A stretch of 64,000 nucleotides of DNA from Planctomycetota bacterium (GTDB lineage Bacteria; Planctomycetota; UBA8742; JACQVU01; JANLHZ01): NCBI GenBank assembly GCA_024653775.1, contig JANLHZ010000037.1, positions 1-64,000 on the forward strand, given 5' to 3'. A model generated the notes under the pieces. The model had not been told where the DNA came from, did not search any database, and was given only the letters and a program-made list of their open reading frames with translations. Every line of letters starts with the position of its first letter. The stretch's first letter is position 1. Positions 55,521 through 63,690 of the stretch are shown here, one piece after another. Both the position numbers and the translations under genes were made by a program.

Positions 55521-57143
55521 GTGTGCAGTCCCAGGAACAAAGTGCAGTCAATCGCCATAAATCGACCGCCGGAGACGAGCGACAGACTTTTCCGGAAAGC
55601 CGTGTCGTCGCTGAAAATCGTCAGCGTCGCTACGTTCCTTTCCCGCATCCTCGGGCTTGTGCGCGACATGGCGCTCGCGTTCGTTTTCGGCGCGACGTGG
55701 GTCACGGACGCTTTCGTGATCGCGTACGTCGTCCCGAATCTCTCGCGCCGGATTTTCGGCGAAGGCGCGATGACGAGCGCGTTCATTCCGGAGTTCGCCA
55801 ATGCGCAGTCGAAGGAAGGCAAAGCCGCGGCGGAAAGTCTCCTCGGGAACGTGCTGACGTACCTTACGCTCATTCTGGTCGCACTCTCTCTGCTGATCGC
55901 TCTCGTCGCCTTGCTCTGGTCCTACGGCTTCGTGAATGACGACAGCACCGGACTCGCCCTCGTCCTGCTTTTGATACTTCTGCCATCGATGGTGTTCCTC
56001 TGCTCAGCGGCGGTGATCTCGGGCGCGCTGAACACACTCGGTAGATTCCTCTACCCCGCGCTCGCGCCCGCGGTGCAGAACGTCGCCTGGATCGCGGCGA
56101 TCTTCGCGGCGTACATCATTTTCAGCGGAGAGGTCGCGCGGGTCATCGTGATGTCACTCGGTGTGGTTCTCGGAACCGCGATTTCCCTCGCGATTCTCGC
56201 CCTCGACCTCCGCGGCAAGGGCTACCGGATCGTCCCGAGTTTCGCGCTCAGCCCGCGGCTGAAAAAGATCGCGCTGCTGATGGCGCCATCGATACTCGGG
56301 ATCGCGGTGTTCCAGGTGAACACGTTCCTCGACTCGATTTTCGCGTGGGTCTTCGTCGAAGGCAGCGGCGCAGCGGCGCACCTCTACTACGGAAACCGTC
56401 TGATGCAGTTCCCGCTCGCGATGATCGGAGTCGCGATGAGCACCGCGGTATTCCCGCTGCTTTCGAAACTCGCGTCGACCGGCGAAAACGCGAGGTTCCG
56501 CGAAATAGTCGTGAAGTCGCTCCGTATGGTGCTGTTTCTGACTATCCCCGCCGCGGTGGGTCTATTCATGATCGCGGGAGACGTGGTGCGCGTCTTTTTC
56601 GCTAACGGTTCGTTTACGGACGACGCCGCGGACCGGACGATAACCGTCACGTGGTGCTACGTGCTCGGGCTTACGTTCACGTGCGTCCAGATAGTCGTGA
56701 CGAAGTGTTTCCACGCCCGTGGAGAGCCAAAGACGCCTATGCGGGTCGCGCTCTGGCTCGTCGGTCTGAACCTCGTCATGAACCTCATTCTCGTCCGGAC
56801 TCCGCTGGCGGAGGCGGGGCTTGCGCTTTCGACGAGCGTCTGCGCGGCGATCGGCGTGGCGATGCTTCTCTGGAGGCTCCGCACCCTGGTCGGCGGACTC
56901 GAACTACGGCTTGCGATCCGCCCGCTTTTACAGAGCGCTTTCGCGTCCGCGCTGATGGTCGCCATGTTCTGGATTACGAAATTCGGACTCGCGGGCGTGT
57001 TCGCGAGAATGGGCGCCGGCAGAGACGTGCTGGAGCTGTTTCTGCTCGTCAGCGGCGCCGTCGCGAGCGCGGCGTTCTATTTCGCGTTTATGTACGTCGT
57101 CGGCTCGCGGGAACTGGACGAACTTCTGAACCGACCGGCGTAG
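55521..57143 (+). CDS. murJ: Lipid II flippase MurJ (MviN)
   Basis: TFLSRILGLVRD, DAF..A..VPN..RR.FGEGA...AF.P, LYYGNRLMQFP and KTPMR. Start uncertain. Confidence 0.95.
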   Translation: MCSPRNKVQSIAINRPPETSDRLFRKAVSSLKIVSVATFLSRILGLVRDMALAFVFGATWVTDAFVIAYVVPNLSRRIFGEGAMTSAFIPEFANAQSKEGKAAAESLLGNVLTYLTLILVALSLLIALVALLWSYGFVNDDSTGLALVLLLILLPSMVFLCSAAVISGALNTLGRFLYPALAPAVQNVAWIAAIFAAYIIFSGEVARVIVMSLGVVLGTAISLAILALDLRGKGYRIVPSFALSPRLKKIALLMAPSILGIAVFQVNTFLDSIFAWVFVEGSGAAAHLYYGNRLMQFPLAMIGVAMSTAVFPLLSKLASTGENARFREIVVKSLRMVLFLTIPAAVGLFMIAGDVVRVFFANGSFTDDAADRTITVTWCYVLGLTFTCVQIVVTKCFHARGEPKTPMRVALWLVGLNLVMNLILVRTPLAEAGLALSTSVCAAIGVAMLLWRLRTLVGGLELRLAIRPLLQSAFASALMVAMFWITKFGLAGVFARMGAGRDVLELFLLVSGAVASAAFYFAFMYVVGSRELDELLNRPA

Positions 57144-57217
57144 ATGTTATCTGAATCTTCGCGGTGCGTGACACGAACGTCCCGTCTTATCGTACTACAC
57201 ATCCTCTACGCGCCTGA

Positions 57218-57256
57218 ATTACATTTTATTCGTACCGTCTACGAATTAATTGTAAT
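57218..57256. repeat. ~40-bp palindromic element, copy 6
   Basis: ATTACATTTTATTCGTACCGTCTACGAATTAATTGTAAT, between convergent genes. Confidence 0.8.
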
Positions 57257-57391
57257 ATCCTCCTTTCAGTTCCACGAAGCTAATGTTCCTCCAACTTTCA
57301 CTGACCCACCTTCTCTATTTTAAATAGCCACAAAGATCGCATAGAACATTTTCGACCCGGTGGAAGCAGGTGGGACGCCACGCTACGCGCA

Positions 57392-59650
57392 CTAGCTATA
57401 CTTAAGCCAGCGGAGCATTTCGCTCAGCTTCGGGGGCTTACCGTACATCAGGATGCCGATACGGAATATCTTGCCCGCGAGGAAAAGCACTATGATCGCG
57501 CTGACGATCATCACGAAGATGTTGATCGCAATTTCGATCCAGCCGGGCGGGGTGTCGGTCGAGATTCGAGCGAGCATCAGAATGGGCGCGGTCAGCGGGA
57601 AGTGACTCAGCGCCACCGCGATTCCGCCCGACGGGTCCTGCGCGACCATCGGAGTGAACATCACGGGCAGCACGATGAACATATTGATCGGACCGACGAG
57701 GTTCTGCGCTTCCTTCAGGGTGTTGCAGACGCTTCCCACCGCCGCGATCATCGCGCTGAACAGTATGAAGCCGAGTACGAAGTACACGATCATGAATACG
57801 ATCGACGACGTCGAAACGAAGCCGCTGAACGTTTCGAAGCTGAACGCTGTGCTTCCCGCGAAGTAGCCGCCCGCGCCCCAGATGCAAAGCAGCGTGAATC
57901 CGACGAGTCCGAGGCCGACGATTTTTCCCGTCATCAGTTCCGTGGGCGTGACGCTCGACAGCAGCACTTCGATGATGCGGTTGCCCTTCTCCTCGATCAC
58001 GCTCGTTAAAAGCAACTGGCTGCTCATCATTATCCCTATCAGCAGCAGCAGTCCAAAGACGTAGGGTACGAACATCGTCGCGATCTGAGTTCCCTTGCCG
58101 ACGACTTCGCCTGTTGTGAGATCGCGGAACTGTGCGCTTACTCGAATGTTCGAGGCGGAGATGTCGCTCTGCATTCGAATGTTCCATAGCTGCATTTTGA
58201 AAAGCGCGAGAAGCTGGTTCTCGATCGTCCTGTCCGCGTCGGCGCTACGCGAGACGTTCCAGGTGACGCTGTCTTTCGCGGGCGCGTTTGCGTTCGATAT
58301 GAACGATCTGCGCACCACGAGAAACGCGTCGAGTTTTCCATCGAGCATCTGGTTTTCGAAAATTCCGAGCGCGTCCTCGAAAGTGGTCAGAGCCGGGCTT
58401 TCATCGGTTTCGTTCGCGCCGGGAAGCATCTTGCCGTCGATGCCCCAGAGCCGCAGTACGAGGTCCTCCATCGTCCCGGAGCCTTCAAGCGCGGGCGGCA
58501 CGAAATCCGCTAGCCGCCACTCGTCCGAGATAGCTTCGAAGTCGATCACCGGAAACTCCTGCAGGTTGATGCTGCCTTCGCCGTAAATTTCCTCGAGCCT
58601 TCGGATTTCCGCGAGCTGCCTTTCCAGCGCTTCGGAGTTCGCCTCCGGATCCGTCGCGTCGACGCTCAGCGACGCCTCCGCGAGAATCTTCTCCACGCGT
58701 TCGAACGCCGCGCGGATCATTGGCAGCACGATCCCCGTTTCGTCGAGAATGTGGAACCTGCGCTTCTGCTTCGCGGCTGCGTCCGCGAAAAGTTCGGCGA
58801 TACGATCCGCGACTGCGTCGAAATCGCCCTCGTCGCGGGATTCTCCGGACGTCCCGGGCTGGCGCGGAGTCCTGCTTCCGGAAGGCGTAGGGTTGTCCTG
58901 CGGCGCGCTTTCGCTCCGCGGTCCGCCGCCGCTCTGCCGTTCTGGATCGCCGGGATTGTTCGCGCCGGACTGGTTTTCGTTCCCGCTGAACACAGGCACG
59001 TCTTCGACGTTGATGTTCAGACGGTTCCGCGCGAGGTCGGCGCGCACCTTGCGCTCGATAACGAGTTTCTGTGAGTCCGCGGGATGAAGCAGCGCCATGC
59101 GCGAAGTGAACGCCTGCATCCGAAGCGGCTTCCTTAGAGTCGTGAGCCAGCCGGAGACGGTGCCGCGGAGATTCGCCTCGGCCTTGTTCAGCGAATAGTA
59201 CTCGACCGCGGACCCTTCTTCCGCGGCGTCGTCGTCGGTCAGAAATTCCGGCCTGACGATGAAGAATCCGAAGAGCTTCTTATCCGCGCCGAGTTCGCCG
59301 TTCTGATCGTCCTGTTTCAGTTTTTCGAGAAGCTCGTCTTTCAGGCCGGTGAGCTTTGCGTTCAGCGCGTCGCCCGTCAAGTCCGAGGCGATCTTCGGAT
59401 CGTAATCGAGCAGATGGAGTTTCGTCTCCGCGGTTTCGTTGTAGACTTCGATGTGCTTCTCGATCATCTTGTCGAGACCAAGCCCCGATGCGTCGACAAG
59501 GATGAACGCGCGGTCCTTCGCGACCATCAGCCCTTGCGCGCCGACCGCGATAAGTATCAGCAGCGGCGTAAGGATGATCCCTATGATGAAGGCTTTCGTC
59601 TTGACGTTTTCGACGTACTCGCGCGCGGCGATTTTCCAGATTTTTCTCAT
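57392..59650 (-). CDS. ABC-2 permease, NatB/YhaP-like, with enlarged extracytoplasmic region
   Basis: IAAREY..NVKTKAF, SVIEEKGNRIIEVLLSSV.P.ELM.GK and IFRIGILMYGK. 752 aa versus roughly 400-450 typical. Confidence 0.88.
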   Translation of the reverse strand: MRKIWKIAAREYVENVKTKAFIIGIILTPLLILIAVGAQGLMVAKDRAFILVDASGLGLDKMIEKHIEVYNETAETKLHLLDYDPKIASDLTGDALNAKLTGLKDELLEKLKQDDQNGELGADKKLFGFFIVRPEFLTDDDAAEEGSAVEYYSLNKAEANLRGTVSGWLTTLRKPLRMQAFTSRMALLHPADSQKLVIERKVRADLARNRLNINVEDVPVFSGNENQSGANNPGDPERQSGGGPRSESAPQDNPTPSGSRTPRQPGTSGESRDEGDFDAVADRIAELFADAAAKQKRRFHILDETGIVLPMIRAAFERVEKILAEASLSVDATDPEANSEALERQLAEIRRLEEIYGEGSINLQEFPVIDFEAISDEWRLADFVPPALEGSGTMEDLVLRLWGIDGKMLPGANETDESPALTTFEDALGIFENQMLDGKLDAFLVVRRSFISNANAPAKDSVTWNVSRSADADRTIENQLLALFKMQLWNIRMQSDISASNIRVSAQFRDLTTGEVVGKGTQIATMFVPYVFGLLLLIGIMMSSQLLLTSVIEEKGNRIIEVLLSSVTPTELMTGKIVGLGLVGFTLLCIWGAGGYFAGSTAFSFETFSGFVSTSSIVFMIVYFVLGFILFSAMIAAVGSVCNTLKEAQNLVGPINMFIVLPVMFTPMVAQDPSGGIAVALSHFPLTAPILMLARISTDTPPGWIEIAINIFVMIVSAIIVLFLAGKIFRIGILMYGKPPKLSEMLRWLKYS

Positions 59651-59769
59651 AATGTCTTCGAAGTCAGCGGGAATTAGCGAATGTCCACAGGTGCGAACAG
59701 GTTAACACAGGAGAGAGCGGCCGGAACCAAAATACTATCAGATTCCGCGGAATTGGCTCCGCTCGGCTC

Positions 59770-59955
59770 TAAGGTGTCGTGTCAAAATAAGTTTACGGAT
59801 TTCACGCTCAGATTTGCGTCAGGTTCGCTTTGCACGAGGAAGCCAAACCGAAGGCGTAGCTATAGTTCCGTTGAGGATTTGGCGACCGAGTGCGAAGCGA
59901 AGATGGCGTGAAGATGTGATGTGAAAACGTCAACTTATTTTGACACACGTCCTTA
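59770..59955 (+). mobile_element. 186-bp MITE, family A copy 3
   Basis: TIRs TAAGGTGTCGTGTCAAAATAAGTT / AACTTATTTTGACACACGTCCTTA, with the shared family A interior. Confidence 0.82.
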
Positions 59956-60214
59956 GTTGCGCCCCGGCTTTCTTGTTCGCGCGGTAGTGGTCGAATATCT
60001 TGTTGCGAAGGATTCCGATCAGCCAGGTAAGAGCCGACGATCTATTCTCGAAGCGCTCCAGGGACTTCATGGCAGCGAGGAACGTCTCCTGAACGAGATC
60101 CTCCGCGACGTCCTGTTTCTGAACCCGCGAACAGGCGTAGGCAAAGAGTTCATTCGCATGATTCGTCACGAGATCGTCGATTTCTGAAACTCTATCGGCC
60201 ACGTTATCCTCCAT
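59930..60214 (-). pseudogene. ECF sigma-70 factor truncated after region 2
   Basis: LFAYA..RV....AEDLVQETFLAA....RFE.RSS..TWL.GILRNKI.DHYR. The frame then runs into the MITE TIR and stops. No region 4. Confidence 0.82.
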
Positions 60215-60285
60215 AGCGCCAGAAATAATTATCTCAAACTCGAAAATGTTTGCAATGAATAGAGGAGATATTCGAACTAACAAAC

Positions 60286-60927
60286 ATGGAAACTTCCGGC
60301 AATGAGTCTGTCAGGCTGAAAAAGAAATACAGATGGACTTCCCTCGTTTACGACATTCTCGATTACCCGTGGGAACGCCTTTACAGGAAATGGCGACCGA
60401 AAATCCTTGAAAACGTGCGGGGTGACGTTATCGAAGCAGGCGTCGGTACTGGCAGGAACCTCTCTCATTACAGTTCTGATGTCAATCTGACCGCGATCGA
60501 TTTGTCGCCTTCAATGCTCGACCGCGCTTCGCGCAGGAAGAAGAAGGCGAAGTGCGACGTGACGTTGATCTGCGCGGACGCGACCGTACTACATCATATC
60601 CCGGAAAACTCCTTCGACTGGTACGTATCGACTTTCCTTTACTGTGTTTTGCCTGCCCCGCTACAGACTCCCGCGATTTCGGAGATGCGACGCATCCTGA
60701 AGCCCGGTGGCAAGTTCAAGTTGCTTGAAATGATCTATTCGGCAGACAAGAAGATTCGCGAGCGTCAGATGAGATTCGCAAAGTTCGTAGAGAAAGTCTA
60801 CGGCGCGAGGTTCGACCGGGGCACTCTCGAAGTAATCGAAGGAATCGAGGGTCTTGAAATTACATCGACAAGATTCCTGAAAGACGATGTCTATCTTTTG
60901 ATCGAAGGACGGAAAACCGATGCATGA
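60286..60927 (+). CDS. Class I SAM-dependent methyltransferase
   Basis: VIEAGVGTGRN, AIDLSPSML, ADA, NSFD and RILKPGG. Confidence 0.9.
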   Translation: METSGNESVRLKKKYRWTSLVYDILDYPWERLYRKWRPKILENVRGDVIEAGVGTGRNLSHYSSDVNLTAIDLSPSMLDRASRRKKKAKCDVTLICADATVLHHIPENSFDWYVSTFLYCVLPAPLQTPAISEMRRILKPGGKFKLLEMIYSADKKIRERQMRFAKFVEKVYGARFDRGTLEVIEGIEGLEITSTRFLKDDVYLLIEGRKTDA

Positions 60928-61630
60928 AGCTTCGATGACAAATAAACGCGACGCTCTCCCGAGGATACTTCTCAGCCTATTTATAATCGGCGGCATCGTC
61001 CTCGCGGTCGTATTCAGGGATGCGTTCGACATCGGCGCAATTCGTGAATGGATCGACTCCCAGGGGGCAATGGGACCGATAGTTTTTATCCTTGCTTACG
61101 CCGTCGCGACGATCGTGTTCGCTCCGGGATCGGTCTTCACGCTCGCAGGCGGAGCGATGTTCGGACCGATCCTGGGGACGCTTTACAGCATAACCGGCGC
61201 GACACTCGGCGCGTCCCTGGCATTTCTCATATCGAGATTCGTCGCGGGAGACTTTGTTTCGAGAAAAGCGGGATACAGGCTCCAAAAACTCGTAGCGGGA
61301 GTGGAAGAAGAGGGCTGGAGGTTCGTGGCGTTTCTTAGGCTAGTGCCGATTTTTCCGTTCAATTTCGTGAATTACGTTCTAGGGCTTACGCGAGTCGGAT
61401 TCTGGTCGTACATGATAGCTTCGTTCATCTTTATGCTGCCTGGGTGTTTCGCTTATACATATCTCGGATACGCCGGCGCGTCGGCGGCAACAGGCGACGA
61501 AAACTGGATCGAGGCGTTTCTGATCGCCTTGGGGATTCTTGCCGCGATTACCTTTATCACCAGGTCGATCAAAAGGAAGCGTCTGGCGACACAAGAAAAA
61601 AAATCTGAAAATCGGCGCTTGACTCCGTAG
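60920..61630 (+). CDS. TVP38/TMEM64 (DedA/VTT) family membrane protein
   Basis: PGSVFTLAGGAMFG...G, GATLGA..AF..SR and LRLVPIFPFNFVNY..GLT. Confidence 0.92.
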   Translation: MHEASMTNKRDALPRILLSLFIIGGIVLAVVFRDAFDIGAIREWIDSQGAMGPIVFILAYAVATIVFAPGSVFTLAGGAMFGPILGTLYSITGATLGASLAFLISRFVAGDFVSRKAGYRLQKLVAGVEEEGWRFVAFLRLVPIFPFNFVNYVLGLTRVGFWSYMIASFIFMLPGCFAYTYLGYAGASAATGDENWIEAFLIALGILAAITFITRSIKRKRLATQEKKSENRRLTP

Positions 61631-61650
61631 TCAGATACGGAGGTTAGACT
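61619..61650 (+). promoter_or_regulatory. MerR-type promoter/operator
   Basis: -35 TTGACT (61619-24), a 20-bp spacer and -10 TAGACT (61645-50). Dyad CTCCGTA-N6-TACGGAG, nearly identical to the classical mer operator TCCGTAC-N4-GTACGGA. Confidence 0.88.
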
Positions 61651-61656
61651 ACCTGT

Positions 61657-62098
61657 ATGAAACGAGAAGAAATAAAAAATCTAACCATCGGAAGACTCGC
61701 TGAAGCGGCGGGTGTGAATGTCGAGACAATACGCTACTATCAGCGGGAGGGACTGATTCGCGAGCCTGTTAAACCGCTGTCGGGATACAGGGTATATTCG
61801 CCGGATTCAGCGGCAAGGCTCGGATTTATAAAGCGGGCGAAGGAGCTTGGCTTCACGCTCAGGGAAATTCGCGAGCTTCTCTCGCTTAGCCTCGAGGAAG
61901 CGCCTTGCGAGAGCGTCCGCACTCGAGCGGAATATAAAATCGACGAGATCGATAAAAAGATATCGGATTTGAAAGCGATCAGAAAATCCCTCGCGAAACT
62001 CGTTGGGGGAGTGCAAGGCAAGCGGATCAGGGTCCGACTGCGCGATTCTGGATGCGATCAAAGACGAAAATCCCTGCGGGAACGGTTCCCGCGGGTAG
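61657..62098 (+). CDS. merR: Hg(II)-type MerR regulator, +1 frameshift at G5 (62005-62009)
   Basis: LTIGRLAEAAGVNVETIRYYQREGL...IKRAKELGFTL.EI..LL...CESV. Removing one G restores ECKASGSGSDCAILDAI (C-X8-C), ending at TAG 62098. As sequenced the ORF ends at 62103. Confidence 0.85.
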
Positions 62099-62130
62099 CT
62101 TGACCATTTTTTTGAGAAGGAGAACGTGAC

Positions 62131-62298
62131 ATGAAAAAACTGATTGGAATAGCGGCGATTTTTACGCTTATCGGCGTGGGAGCCGTTTACGGTGCTTCGG
62201 TATTCGGAAGCAATGTTGAAAGCGAATCTGGCTACATCTGCCCGCTGACCGGAGAAGAGCTTCCATGCCCGAAGTGCTGTCCGTCGAATGGAGAATGA
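62131..62298 (+). CDS. 55-aa exported Cys-rich small protein (absent from the ORF track)
   Basis: AAGGAG RBS. MKKLIGIAAIFTLIGVGAVYGASVFGSNVESESGYICPLTGEELPCPKCCPSNGE*. Confidence 0.75.
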   Translation: MKKLIGIAAIFTLIGVGAVYGASVFGSNVESESGYICPLTGEELPCPKCCPSNGE

Positions 62299-62392
62299 AG
62301 GACCCGCGACGGCTGCTTGGAATCGAGAGCACGCGCCAGGCACCTAAAAAGTGCCTGGCACGTTTAAAAGTAAAACTACAGGAGAAAGTAAA

Positions 62393-63544
62393 GTGAACAA
62401 ATGTCCATGCTGCGAAACCACCGGAAAAGTCGTGAGCGCGCTAACGGTCGAATCGCTGGTAGCTGCTTCAAGGTATGAAGAATATGAATCCAGGGAAGGC
62501 TTCAGGTTCTGTCCGGAGCCGTCATGCGAAGTGGTCTACTTTAAGCAAGGTAGCAGAGACGAAGCCTTGGTACTGACGAAGTGGGATCTGAAAGTCCGCG
62601 TCGGCGTGAAGGAAAGGACTTCGCCTCGTCCGGTGTGCTACTGCTTCGATCATACGATCGAGGAGATTCAGGATGAAGTTGCGCGAACCGGCGACAGCGT
62701 GATTCTTGGCGATATCCGTGAAAAATGCAGACAGGGTCTCGATCGGTGCGAGATGGCGAATCCGAAGGGATCGTGCTGTCTTGGCGACGTTGCGAAGGCG
62801 ATAAAGGACGCGAAAAAGGAAGCGGGGATTTTGAGTGACGATTCAAAGGAACCCGGACACGATTGCTGCGGAAGTGGCACGGACGTCTCGTCCTTGAAGG
62901 ATGGGAGTGCAGACGTCTCGTCTGCGCACAATCGTAAAGCTGCCGGCGAGACGCCTGCAGTCCCATCGTGGACGATGGCAGGTTCGCTGCTCACCGCGAT
63001 ACTTGCGAGCGCGTGCTGCTGGCTGCCATTGCTATCAGTTGCGCTTGGATTCAGCGCGGGCGGCGCGGGAGCGGTTTTCGAGAGATACAGATTTCCGCTG
63101 CTCGCGATCTCCTGTATTTTCCTCGCGGCGGGTTTCTATTTTCTCTATCTCAGAAAGGGAAAATGCGCGGAAGGAAGCGCGTGTGCGGTGCCAAACCGGA
63201 AGACGAAAACCATGAGCCACGTATCCTTCTGGGCTGCAGCAATCCTAATCGGAGCGTTCGCGCTTTTCCCGAATTACGTAGGCGCGTTTATCGGAGGAGA
63301 TTCAGCAGATCTGCCCGCGGATGTCACGGAATACGCATCGTTCGTGACACTTTCGATCGAAGGCATGACCTGCGAAGCCTGCGCCTCCAACATAAGCAGG
63401 TTACTCGCTAACGAGAACGGTGTTGTGCGCGTCGAAATAGACTATGACAAATCCATCGCCAGAATCTGGTACGTCGGGACGGATACGCCAGAGTTGATTC
63501 GTGCAATTGAATCTCTCGGGTATGGAGCCAATCATGTCGATTAA
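62393..63544 (+). CDS. Fusion: CopZ N-terminal Zn/[2Fe-2S]-like domain + MerT-like transporter + HMA (MerP/CopZ) domain
   Basis: CPCC..FC...SC.VVYF..VCYCF..C...NP.G.CC, then ASACCWLPL in TM1 plus cytoplasmic C....AC, then IEGMTCEAC. GTG 62393 follows GGAG. Confidence 0.85.
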   Translation: MNKCPCCETTGKVVSALTVESLVAASRYEEYESREGFRFCPEPSCEVVYFKQGSRDEALVLTKWDLKVRVGVKERTSPRPVCYCFDHTIEEIQDEVARTGDSVILGDIREKCRQGLDRCEMANPKGSCCLGDVAKAIKDAKKEAGILSDDSKEPGHDCCGSGTDVSSLKDGSADVSSAHNRKAAGETPAVPSWTMAGSLLTAILASACCWLPLLSVALGFSAGGAGAVFERYRFPLLAISCIFLAAGFYFLYLRKGKCAEGSACAVPNRKTKTMSHVSFWAAAILIGAFALFPNYVGAFIGGDSADLPADVTEYASFVTLSIEGMTCEACASNISRLLANENGVVRVEIDYDKSIARIWYVGTDTPELIRAIESLGYGANHVD

Positions 63545-63690
63545 GAAATTTGATGGAAGCGTGCGTTCTTTCCCGAACGTTTAATAATATGATCGTAGCA
63601 AGTTCGGACGATGAGCTTGTTTCACTGGGCGTCGGCAGAGATTGTCTTCCAGACGTTACCGGTGAAGAACTTCCTTTCGCGCTTTTCAAA

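Noticed and set aside
54005..55873. Long antisense ORFs (622 aa here; also 11043..12386, 16742..18154, 7172..8524, 22785..24053, 3221..4204)
   Set aside because: They mirror well-supported genes on the opposite strand, which is expected in GC-rich DNA with strong codon bias. No motifs.
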